From the IMG/VR virus record IMGVR_UViG_3300037506_000150, positions 1 through 32,056 of that record: a DNA stretch of 32,056 nt. One strand, given 5' to 3'. The translations under genes were made by a program, and so were the position numbers. The notes below the pieces were generated by a model, which was given only the letters and a program-made list of their open reading frames with translations, made no database searches and had not been told where the DNA came from. The DNA is from a virus. Lineage: Duplodnaviria; Caudoviricetes. Shown here in pieces: positions 17,036 to 25,761 of the stretch. How positions within the stretch are numbered: position 1 is the stretch's first letter; each line of letters begins with the position of its first letter.

Positions 17036-17539
17036 ATGTCTGTGACTACTCGTAGTCCTCTTCGTGTCGGCGGCGCTGTTACCTACTCTGGTGCTCCTAA
17101 CACCGGGGAAGTCATGATTGCTCATGGTGGCAGTAGAACCTACACCGCTTATTCTGGTGGCCTTGCTACACTTACCTCCGGTAACGTAGCGCAGTTGACC
17201 CCAGTAAGTGCCTCTGGTGGCCACGTCGTCATCTGGTCTGGTGCTGGTAGACTCAATACAGTCTACCCCCATCAGATCATCTCCGGCGTGGCTTCCTTCT
17301 TGTATGACTCCAACGTTGTTGCTCGATCTGGCGTTGGCACCATTTCGGAATCTGGGTACACTATTCTTGGTGGAACCCCGGCGAATACCATTGGAGCTTT
17401 CGGCAATTCCCTTGGCGGTGGTCCGCTTCCCACGGTGTTTGACGTTCCGTTCGCCCACGGTCTGGCGCTTAGCCTGCCGTCAGGCGCTCCTGGTGTGACT
17501 GTGGTGTTCTCGCCGGAAATCAACCCGGCGATTGGCTAA
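17036..17539 (+). CDS. Putative abundant virion decoration protein, Ser-Gly enriched
   Basis: GAGGT SD; capsid-gene-like codon usage (GGT/GCT/TCT/ACC); GAGRLNTV..FLYDS..FDVPFAHGL beta-sandwich pattern; 9 SG in 167 aa. Confidence 0.75.
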   Translation: MSVTTRSPLRVGGAVTYSGAPNTGEVMIAHGGSRTYTAYSGGLATLTSGNVAQLTPVSASGGHVVIWSGAGRLNTVYPHQIISGVASFLYDSNVVARSGVGTISESGYTILGGTPANTIGAFGNSLGGGPLPTVFDVPFAHGLALSLPSGAPGVTVVFSPEINPAIG

Positions 17540-20500
17540 CACTCGGATAAGCAGAACCATGAAGAGCATAGTGAAGCCGTCACCGTTTATAATCGGGGCC
17601 GGTCGCGTGGTGACGGCTTCACTTCCTCCATCCAAATTATGTAATAAAAACATATCTATTCTTCTTACAAAAGGATTGGGGGATCATAAGTATTGTTCTC
17701 TGATTGTAAAGCTCCCTCCACAGGTCTCCAAATTTATCACGGATTGGTCATCGGAGCATGTGCTGGAAGATCATCTCGGTCCTAGTGGGAGAGAGCTAGA
17801 TCCACACATCACTGTAAAATATGGATTTACAGATGGATCTGAAGAAACAGTTCAGAAGATCCGTGCCCTACTTGGCAGGCATGGACCAATTCAGATTCGT
17901 CTGAGAGATCTTGCTTTCTTTGCAAGAGAGAACAAGAACGGAATCCCACTGTATATCTCCGTGGACAGTCCTGAACTGGTAGATCTAAATAGATCTATTA
18001 CAGAACTGTTCGATGCGGTTGACTCCTACCCAGAATATATTCCTCATGTAACGATTGCATATCTTTCCTCTCCAGAGATTGCCAGAACGTATGCTTCCGA
18101 AGGCAATCCCTTTGCTAATGTCTCCTGTGTAATTGAAGAGGCTGTCTGGTCTGACAAGAACAAAACCACGACCAGAATTCCCATGTCTTTCATGGGATCT
18201 GGATTGAATACAGCCATTGATTCTTACAAGGATCTATCCTACCTGTCTGTATCTTCTGGAGGAGCCCTGGTTCCTCCTTCTGCTTTTTCCTTGAAGAAGA
18301 AGAAGAAGGTAAAGAACCATGTTCTTCCTGTTAGCCTTCTTCGTAACAGAGCAGCACTCATAGGGAAGATCGGGACCAAAGGAGCAGGACAGCCCTGTAA
18401 GAGAGGGGAGACAGCAAAGAAGACAGGTTGCATTCCAACAGGACCAATACACAGAAGATCTACTTTCTATACTAGAAGTGTACAAGAAGGGAAGGAGGAA
18501 CAGGCCAAAAGAACGGCTGCCGAGAGGAAAGAGACTAGGCCCACTAGCAAGCGTTCCAGATCTTTCCTGTCTGAATTCATAAGAATCGGCAAAACGCCGT
18601 GGAGGAAGATTCGTGCTACTGGCAAGATGACCGTTGAAGTTGAGCATGCCATCAAAGAATGGATCAAGGATAAGATCCAGGAGAACCTGACAAGGCTTCC
18701 ACCAAGGGCACAGGCAACAGTTCGTGGTGCCTGGTTGGCCATAAGACTTGGTGGGAAGACTACCTTTGCCACCTACATGGCTGGACAATCTCTGGCAGAA
18801 AAGGTTTCCAAGAATCTAGGATCCACAGAAGAGGAAGCCAGAAGACTCCGAGCCATCCTGTCTATTATTGATATTGCTTCCTACAAACCAGTAGCCATTT
18901 CCATCGCTGCGCTGGTAGACCCCACCTTGGCAGTGATGGGATCCTTGATCCCTATCGGATCTCTTACCTATCTTGCCTATTCTACTGCAAGGCACCCGAT
19001 CAAGACTATGCAGGCAGCACTGAGGGCAGTCAGATCTGCTGTTGAAAAGAAGGCTCTGGAGGATGGATCTTTCGATGCTGAGGAACTATCCCGATGGCTT
19101 CGGGGAGAAGACGCAGATTACAAGATGGCCTTATATTTGGCTGCCCTAGATCTGACCAAGGATGCAGGAGAAGCATTCAGTAAAGCAGTTGAATCCTATG
19201 GGATAAGAACTGGATCTACCATCAGTAACAAGAGACTCCTCCTCCTCCCTTTTGTTTGCAAGAGCATGCTTTGGGAAAGGAAGGCTCAGATTCAGCCAAC
19301 TGGAGCAGAAGAGCCTGTTCAGCAAGAACCTCCTCCAGTTCAGAAGAGAAAACCTTCTGCAAAGTTGACGCCGAAGTTGCAGACACAACCAACGGCTCCA
19401 GCACAGTCTAAACCAGCACAGACACCACAAACTCCTCTGGCAGAAAAGCCGGCTAAACCAGCACAGACACCACAAACTCCTCTGGCAGAAAAGCCGGCAA
19501 TTACTCCTGTTGCACAGCCAAAGCCCAAGAAAACAACTGATCCTCCTCCTGCAAAACCACAGCCAGTGCAAGAGAAGCCTCCTGTGCAACCAGAGAAACC
19601 AACTCCACAGCCGAAGAAGCAAGAACCGAAGACTACTCCGAAGGGGAAGGTTTCGGATGCCTGGAACATTCAGCCAGGACAGACTGTCTCCTATGTTTTT
19701 GGGGGGAACTATTCCAACATAAAAGTTGACAAGGTAGATAAGCCGAAGGGAAAAAATCCAGAAGGTCCAGTTGTTGTTCATGGAACTAACCAAGAAGGGA
19801 AGCCTATTTCTTTCACGGTGGATGCCAAAGACAAATATACGATCCATGAGGAGGAAGAGACTACAAAGCCAACAAAAGAGACTGTACCAGGAGATAAAAG
19901 TCCGAAGGGAGATATAGGGGAAACGATAGAGTATCTTTCTCAACACATATCTGAGCCAAAGCAAATAAGAGGACGGGTTTTGGCTGGAAAGTTGTTCAAA
20001 GGAGAAAAAATAATATCTCCGGAAGGAGAGATTGTCCAGGTTCTTTATACAGAAGAGCCTTCTATATCTTCAGAACAACCAGGCGGAGAGAATTTGGTAG
20101 AAGTTTTTTATACAGACAGATACGGAAAAACATCTTCTTTCATTATAGATAAAAGAGAGGAGATTCAACTTCCAACCAAAAAAGAAATTGGAAGAAAGAT
20201 ACAGCCAGGAGTAGGGAAAATCGAGGAGTCTTCTGCTAATGAAATCAAGGTAGGACAACGAATAGTTTGGCCAGAAGGATCTGGTGTCGTGGCGACTGTT
20301 GTTGGAGTTGAAAAAGACTCTGATTCTAGTTCCATTGTTGTTTTTGGAGAACTTCCAGATGGTAGAAACATAGTTACACGGATGGATGCAAAAGAGATCG
20401 TTCATACCACAGATGAGCCCATAATAGAGTGGGATGATATCCCAGAGTCATCTATATTAGAAGAAGACACAGAAGGATCTAGAACTCCATCAGATGTAAA

Positions 20501-21551
20501 GCAAGAGCCTGCTTACAATGTTGCAGAGGAGCAAGCAATCCTGTGGCCCCCAGGAAAGGACAGGAAAGATCAAACCATAATCCACGTTACAAACACAGAA
20601 TTCAAAAACGATGGGGTACATATTTTTGGCATAAACAATGATACTGGAGAGGAGTTCCATTCCGTCATTCCGGGGAATACTAAAGTAGATATATTTTTGG
20701 GGATAGAAGAGGAGGGGATATTAGATTTCGATACTACAGAACTGGAAGGTAAAGTAGAAGAGCCAGTCCCACCTAAAATTAAACCAACTCTATACAAACC
20801 AAAAGAAGCTAAGGAATATGCTGGGACGCTGGAAGAAATAAAGAAAGTATACGGAAGTCTTAGAGAATCTCCTGAAATAGATAGAATCCGTGGATACATA
20901 ATAACCGAAGAGCCAGGAGTTCCAGATGTTCGCAAGATCCTTCCTGAATCCGAAAGTCTCATGGAGACAGGAGATCAAACGGATCAGTTCAAACTAAAGA
21001 ATCCTTCTCTGGATAAACAACACACAGTTTCTTATTACAAGATGATTGACGAAAATCCTGACATAGAGAAAATTTTATATACTTACACACTAGAAACGGG
21101 GTGGGACTATAATGCTAGTTTGAGAGGAGAAGGTGGAAACCAAACAATAGAAGTGTCTGTAAGAAAGGAAGCAATCTATCTAGGAAGATCTTTGCTGAAA
21201 CACGCACCCGAGATAGCTCCGGGCACAATTCTTCATAGAGAGATAGCTCTAACTAGAAAAACAAAGGCAGAACTGTACCAATCAACTGGAAGGGTTTTGC
21301 AAGATCCTGGTTTTATTTCTTCCAGTACGGAAGAGATAATGGGTGGGCACCCCTCTGTTATATTCAAATATACAGCATCCAAGGGGACTCGTGGTCTTTA
21401 TATTGCTCCTTTTTCTTCCTTTGGTACAGAAAAGGAGGTGTTGTTCCCACCGGGACAGAGATTTTTGATTACCAACACTGAAAAAAAGGGAGATAGACTA
21501 ATAGTTCACGCCATCCTTCTCCCAACTGTGCCAGAACAATTTACACTGTAA
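17532..21551 (+). CDS. Polyvalent protein: 2H phosphoesterase (Acb1/2'-5' RNA ligase-like) + helical/TM region + Pro/Lys linker + 4 SH3-like repeats + VIP2-type ADP-ribosyltransferase; start uncertain
   Basis: HxT motifs PHITVKYG (His 17805) and PHVTIAY (His 18045); ART R-S-E triad YNASLRG..LHRE (Arg 21237)..GFISSS..EKEVLFPPG (21429-21437). Confidence 0.85.
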   Translation: MANTRISRTMKSIVKPSPFIIGAGRVVTASLPPSKLCNKNISILLTKGLGDHKYCSLIVKLPPQVSKFITDWSSEHVLEDHLGPSGRELDPHITVKYGFTDGSEETVQKIRALLGRHGPIQIRLRDLAFFARENKNGIPLYISVDSPELVDLNRSITELFDAVDSYPEYIPHVTIAYLSSPEIARTYASEGNPFANVSCVIEEAVWSDKNKTTTRIPMSFMGSGLNTAIDSYKDLSYLSVSSGGALVPPSAFSLKKKKKVKNHVLPVSLLRNRAALIGKIGTKGAGQPCKRGETAKKTGCIPTGPIHRRSTFYTRSVQEGKEEQAKRTAAERKETRPTSKRSRSFLSEFIRIGKTPWRKIRATGKMTVEVEHAIKEWIKDKIQENLTRLPPRAQATVRGAWLAIRLGGKTTFATYMAGQSLAEKVSKNLGSTEEEARRLRAILSIIDIASYKPVAISIAALVDPTLAVMGSLIPIGSLTYLAYSTARHPIKTMQAALRAVRSAVEKKALEDGSFDAEELSRWLRGEDADYKMALYLAALDLTKDAGEAFSKAVESYGIRTGSTISNKRLLLLPFVCKSMLWERKAQIQPTGAEEPVQQEPPPVQKRKPSAKLTPKLQTQPTAPAQSKPAQTPQTPLAEKPAKPAQTPQTPLAEKPAITPVAQPKPKKTTDPPPAKPQPVQEKPPVQPEKPTPQPKKQEPKTTPKGKVSDAWNIQPGQTVSYVFGGNYSNIKVDKVDKPKGKNPEGPVVVHGTNQEGKPISFTVDAKDKYTIHEEEETTKPTKETVPGDKSPKGDIGETIEYLSQHISEPKQIRGRVLAGKLFKGEKIISPEGEIVQVLYTEEPSISSEQPGGENLVEVFYTDRYGKTSSFIIDKREEIQLPTKKEIGRKIQPGVGKIEESSANEIKVGQRIVWPEGSGVVATVVGVEKDSDSSSIVVFGELPDGRNIVTRMDAKEIVHTTDEPIIEWDDIPESSILEEDTEGSRTPSDVKQEPAYNVAEEQAILWPPGKDRKDQTIIHVTNTEFKNDGVHIFGINNDTGEEFHSVIPGNTKVDIFLGIEEEGILDFDTTELEGKVEEPVPPKIKPTLYKPKEAKEYAGTLEEIKKVYGSLRESPEIDRIRGYIITEEPGVPDVRKILPESESLMETGDQTDQFKLKNPSLDKQHTVSYYKMIDENPDIEKILYTYTLETGWDYNASLRGEGGNQTIEVSVRKEAIYLGRSLLKHAPEIAPGTILHREIALTRKTKAELYQSTGRVLQDPGFISSSTEEIMGGHPSVIFKYTASKGTRGLYIAPFSSFGTEKEVLFPPGQRFLITNTEKKGDRLIVHAILLPTVPEQFTL
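17570..17623. repeat. Perfect 15-bp inverted repeat
   Basis: AGTGAAGCCGTCACC (17570-17584) / GGTGACGGCTTCACT (17609-17623), 24-nt loop. Confidence 0.85.
19408..19497 (+). repeat. Exact 45-bp tandem duplication in the linker
   Basis: CTAAACCAGCACAGACACCACAAACTCCTCTGGCAGAAAAGCCGG x2 (KPAQTPQTPLAEKPA). Confidence 0.95.
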
Positions 21552-21562
21552 GGAGTCATTCC

Positions 21563-22003
21563 TTGGAAGAAGAAAAAGTTCGAGAAGAGCCTGGGTTTGA
21601 TAAACTGGTGGAATCATCTTCCAAACCCAACTGGCTAGGAAATTACAATGTAGTATCCAACCTGCTCCGCAACTTCATCAGAGATGTTTTCTCCAGGGGA
21701 TTCCACGAGGATAATCTGGAAAGCAGGGCAAGAGATACAGCCAGAATACTTATTGGCATGGATCATGACTACCCAGGTCCACCGTGGTATTCTGCGCAGC
21801 AGATCGTTCCTTACATTGCCAACCTGGAGGGAATCCAGTCTGACGATCCAATAGAGGTAATAACAGGAGCCCTTCTGAACATGGTGGGGGACATACTAAC
21901 CAATGTTCAGTCAGGAGAAGGTACAACTCAAGAAGAAGTGAAGGGGGTAGTAGAAGAATACACCTACAAGTTTATGGGCATAGTCTCTGCACAAGATAAA
22001 TAG
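21563..22003 (+). CDS. Acidic helical protein; candidate immunity/partner for the upstream ART
   Basis: TTG start with AAGGAG SD, 11 nt after the ART-domain stop; the function is a positional inference only. Confidence 0.6.
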   Translation: MEEEKVREEPGFDKLVESSSKPNWLGNYNVVSNLLRNFIRDVFSRGFHEDNLESRARDTARILIGMDHDYPGPPWYSAQQIVPYIANLEGIQSDDPIEVITGALLNMVGDILTNVQSGEGTTQEEVKGVVEEYTYKFMGIVSAQDK

Positions 22004-22014
22004 TTTAGAAAAAC

Positions 22015-22046
22015 AGTTGACCTAAAATAAGCATTTCTTCTAGCAT
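22015..22046 (+). promoter_or_regulatory. Putative promoter, copy 2 of AGTTGACCTAAAATAA
   Basis: TTGACC (22017-22022) - 18 nt - TAGCAT (22041-22046), upstream of the protease/capsid genes. Confidence 0.65.
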
Positions 22047-22073
22047 GGTAGGAGATGGAAAGAGGAGAATCTA

Positions 22074-22265
22074 ATGCCAGAAAAGCCTACGCAGGAAGAG
22101 GTGGAGCGAAGCTTTCGTACCGCTCTTGAAGATGTAGTTTCGATCATTCGCAAACTGTCTCCATACTGTAACAAATTTGACGAGATGATCGAAATGGTAG
22201 AGCATGGGATGATCAATGACGGTCAGTTGCGATTGCTCATGCACATCATTTCGGAGAAGAAGTAG
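22074..22265 (+). CDS. Small helical hypothetical protein
   Basis: AGAGGAG SD; its TAG overlaps the GTG start of the protease. Confidence 0.7.
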   Translation: MPEKPTQEEVERSFRTALEDVVSIIRKLSPYCNKFDEMIEMVEHGMINDGQLRLLMHIISEKK

Positions 22266-25200
22266 TGGAGAACGACGGCGCATTTGCCCTGTTGAATACA
22301 AGAAACCAGAGAGCAGATGGCTTTGCCTACAAGCTCAATGGTTCTCAGTATGCAATGGACTATGCTGTTCAGGATCAACTAGACATCGACGAAAAAAGGA
22401 TGTCCGTCTGGATCCCTTTCGCAGATGGCAACCGCCGAGACGGAGTTGGAGATCTTTTAGAAGTTGGCGGGATCCAGACGGAACGACACCAGAGAAATCC
22501 CATAGTTCTATTTGATCACGGCAAACAAGTTACTCTGCCTATCGCTCTGGCAGAAGACAGAGATACTAGAACATACACTGTTCATATAGATCCAGTAGGT
22601 AGGAAGGCCAAGGCCAACGCCTTCTTCTACCAAGGCAAGGGGATCTCCGGAGTAACGTCTGGAGAAGAGTATGATCACGCTTTGTTCTGTGAGCAGTTGT
22701 TTGATATGATGGTCAAGGGATATATCCGTTCAGGATCTATTGGATACCAGGTTGTTGCTGCCAGAGAACTACAACCGGACTATGAAAAGGGAACTCCCAA
22801 GGGACTTCACCTTCTTGCTGTAAACATGTTGGAATGTTCGGCAGTGGTCATGCCTGCCAACATGGATACTGTAAGAAAGATGCTGGATCTACCACACTGT
22901 TGCGGCAAACCCCTGTCTCCCATGCTGATCAAGTCCCTTACCCCCTACGTTCCGGAAAGGAAGGTCCAGATGGGATATGAAAAGAAGGATTGTGTTTGTG
23001 CTGATCAGCAAAGTAAGTCTCAGAAAGCAAGTGAGTCATATATCCCTGTTTTCAGTTCGGACAATCCTGCGCAGCAGGCGATGACGCTAAGTAACTTTAG
23101 AGATTATGCTAGAGAAAGATCAGAACAGGTAAAGAAAACAAGAGGATCTTCCGCAACTAGCAAACCACCAACACAACAGCCAGCAAAGCAATCAGCACAG
23201 AGCAGTAGCCAGCCTGCAATCCGACACGGCACCAGACAGGCAGCCAGATTAGACAAGACACTTCCATCCGAAAAAATAGATCCTAAGAAAGGCAGTAGCC
23301 AGCCTGCGCAGCAACAACCAGAACAAAGCAGTAGCCGGCCTGCGCAGCAACAACCAGAACAAAGCAGCAGCCAGCCTGCAATCCGATACGGCACCAGACA
23401 GGCAGCCAGAATACACAATAGTCCATCTACAATCCGATACGGCACCAGACAGGCAGCCAGATTAGACAAGACACTTCCATCCGAAAAAATAGATCCTAAG
23501 AAAGCACGACGGATCTCAATCAGAAAAAAAACAGAACCTATCGCAAGAACGAGACAAGGACTGGTCCCCGGAGAGTCTTCCAAGGATCTTAGATATCGCT
23601 ACAGACACTCCGTGAAAGGAGTTCTCCATAGGTTGAAAAAGTCTTCTCCTGGATCTGCTATCATCTATGTATCGAGTAAAGATCTATATTCAGTGGAGAG
23701 CGATGCCAAAACCAAAGGACTCGGCTTCCGTCATCTAGGAACGGTTGGTAAGAATATTGAGAAAATAAAGTTGATAGGAGACGATTCTGCTATCGACAGT
23801 GTTGCCAAGTCTTACGGAAGACTGGTCCGTTTTGCTTCCGGAAGAAAATCATTGGAGATAGATCATATGATAAAGGAAGAAAAAGCAATGGATCCAACCA
23901 ACGCAGAAACTGATGTTGTACATACTTCCATTAGTGATCCTTCTGGAGAGGAGCCCCTTGGAGCACAGATCCTCCGTCGCTTGCATGATGATCACTCCTT
24001 GCTAATGCAAGAATATGATTCTATGCTCGGACTTCTTGAAAATGAAAGTGTTCGCAAGAGACTGATCAGGAAACTGGAGGATCTGGAATCGGAACTGACT
24101 GAGTATGAAGATCTGTTTACCAAGATATATCCTGATCTCCCTGGTCTGATCGATACCAAGGACATGACAGAAGACGAGGCAGAAGAGATCGCAGAAGTCA
24201 CCGACGATATTGCTGAAGACCTCGAAGATGTCTCAGAAGAGGTCGAAGAGCAAGCGGAAGATGTGGAGCCGGAAGAAGAATTTGTTGGGGGGGAGGAAGA
24301 GGTTCCGGAGGAAGCCGGCGAGGTAGAGGATCCAAAGGATATGGATACTATGGATGATCAGGGTATCCCCAACGATAGCGGACATCCGGATGATCCTTCT
24401 CCTGAAGATGTTCTTGAGGGTATGGAGAGGGAAACCAAGAGTATTAAGACCGGGACTACTTGGAGAGGTGCAGTTCAGCCTATGGCATCCAGGAGGGATC
24501 TAACAAAGCTAAAGTCTCTCTGTCCCAAGTGCAAGAGGGCCGGCAAGAGGGTTTGTGCTTGCGGACAGAAGTTTGCTCCTATAGCAGCAGCTTTGGGTGG
24601 TGGTGGAGCAGGAGCGATGCTTGGAAGAATCGCTACGCAGGCCGCTGTTGGTGCTGCAACCGACAAGATGCAAAAGAAATTGTCTGATAGAGACAAGATG
24701 CTCATAACTGAAGGCAGAGACTTTCTCGGGAAACTGTCAGAAGAAGGCAGTATTCTCGACGAAGAAGGTCGGATGAGCAGTTTTCATTTTGCCAAGTCAT
24801 TTGATGGTATTGCGCAGTTTTATCAGATCAATGAAGAATTGAATGAGGGAGAGGTCGAGGGAGACATTCCTACTGCCGAATGGGATCCAGGTGTTGGTGC
24901 GATAGAGGGTGAAAAGTCCGCTAAGCCGGAACTTCGCTTTGGAAAGACTCCCAAGAGGACTACTGAAAATATTACCTGGGGGGAAACAGAAACACCTCCC
25001 GGTCGGAGGGCCGACCCTGCTCGTGGATCTGCTGTTCTCTACAGTCCTCGCGGAGGCACGCACCACTATGGTGCAAGAGGCAGACAGGCAGGTCCAACTG
25101 GAGAAATCATTCTTGCAAGGCAAAGCAGCGATCCCCAGATGATCTCTAAGTTCCCAGATCTATATGACGAGAGAGGCGACGTACCTCTGGAAGATCAGAG

Positions 25201-25741
25201 GAAGTCTGTTGCCGGAAATACTTCTGGCGAGGAACCCAGCAAGTTGCCATCCAAGATTATTTCCAAATGGCGAAGCCGGGATCCTTCTCAGATGGTTCAG
25301 ATCCGACCAGGACAGACGGTGGCGAGATCTCCTATTCGACAGACTCCTTGGCAGCAGTTGTTCCAGAGGAAGATCAAGACTCTTGGCGAAGCCGCTGCCC
25401 TGTTCAAGGAACTGTCATGGACCAAAGACTTTGGAGATCCGCATCGAAAGATGTGCAAGGACATGTACTCTGCTCTCGAACCTGTTCTCAAGGAAGATGA
25501 TGTAGTTGATGGGGAAGGAATGGATCCTGTCATGGACGAAGAGGAGGGGCTGGATACTAGAGAACAGTTGGCCGAAGGAATTGAACAGGTAGCAGAGGAG
25601 GAAGAAATTCCTGGTATCATTACTGAAGAAGATCTGGAAGAGTCTGGCGAGATAGATCACAAATCTCTATCCCAAACTTTTGAACAGCAAAACAAGGAAA
25701 TGGAAGATCTGCTGGCTAAACTCACGGCGATTCCGTTGTAA
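22265..25741 (+). CDS. HK97-type prohead maturation protease with a ~900-aa C-terminal scaffold/cargo extension
   Basis: RDGVGD, NPIVLFDHG, SGSIGY, LECSAVVMPAN in the first ~205 aa; then repeats, coiled-coil and acidic tracts; directly upstream of the MCP. Confidence 0.9.
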   Translation: MENDGAFALLNTRNQRADGFAYKLNGSQYAMDYAVQDQLDIDEKRMSVWIPFADGNRRDGVGDLLEVGGIQTERHQRNPIVLFDHGKQVTLPIALAEDRDTRTYTVHIDPVGRKAKANAFFYQGKGISGVTSGEEYDHALFCEQLFDMMVKGYIRSGSIGYQVVAARELQPDYEKGTPKGLHLLAVNMLECSAVVMPANMDTVRKMLDLPHCCGKPLSPMLIKSLTPYVPERKVQMGYEKKDCVCADQQSKSQKASESYIPVFSSDNPAQQAMTLSNFRDYARERSEQVKKTRGSSATSKPPTQQPAKQSAQSSSQPAIRHGTRQAARLDKTLPSEKIDPKKGSSQPAQQQPEQSSSRPAQQQPEQSSSQPAIRYGTRQAARIHNSPSTIRYGTRQAARLDKTLPSEKIDPKKARRISIRKKTEPIARTRQGLVPGESSKDLRYRYRHSVKGVLHRLKKSSPGSAIIYVSSKDLYSVESDAKTKGLGFRHLGTVGKNIEKIKLIGDDSAIDSVAKSYGRLVRFASGRKSLEIDHMIKEEKAMDPTNAETDVVHTSISDPSGEEPLGAQILRRLHDDHSLLMQEYDSMLGLLENESVRKRLIRKLEDLESELTEYEDLFTKIYPDLPGLIDTKDMTEDEAEEIAEVTDDIAEDLEDVSEEVEEQAEDVEPEEEFVGGEEEVPEEAGEVEDPKDMDTMDDQGIPNDSGHPDDPSPEDVLEGMERETKSIKTGTTWRGAVQPMASRRDLTKLKSLCPKCKRAGKRVCACGQKFAPIAAALGGGGAGAMLGRIATQAAVGAATDKMQKKLSDRDKMLITEGRDFLGKLSEEGSILDEEGRMSSFHFAKSFDGIAQFYQINEELNEGEVEGDIPTAEWDPGVGAIEGEKSAKPELRFGKTPKRTTENITWGETETPPGRRADPARGSAVLYSPRGGTHHYGARGRQAGPTGEIILARQSSDPQMISKFPDLYDERGDVPLEDQRKSVAGNTSGEEPSKLPSKIISKWRSRDPSQMVQIRPGQTVARSPIRQTPWQQLFQRKIKTLGEAAALFKELSWTKDFGDPHRKMCKDMYSALEPVLKEDDVVDGEGMDPVMDEEEGLDTREQLAEGIEQVAEEEEIPGIITEEDLEESGEIDHKSLSQTFEQQNKEMEDLLAKLTAIPL
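23201..23504 (+). repeat. Mosaic of near-exact DNA duplications in the protease extension
   Basis: IR(H/Y)GTRQAAR x3, LDKTLPSEKIDPKK x2, SS(Q/R)PAQQQPEQ x2, near-identical at the nucleotide level. Confidence 0.9.
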
Positions 25742-25761
25742 CTGGAGTATGTTTGCGACTT

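Noticed and set aside
19650-20700. Intein/Hint domain (A.EIKVG.RI resembles an intein block)
   Set aside because: No N-terminal Cys block or C-terminal HN motif; the pattern repeats four times as small barrels.
23201-23504. Repeat mosaic as a CRISPR array or DGR template/variable repeat pair
   Set aside because: In-frame duplications without adenine-specific mismatches; no reverse transcriptase or cas gene in the window.
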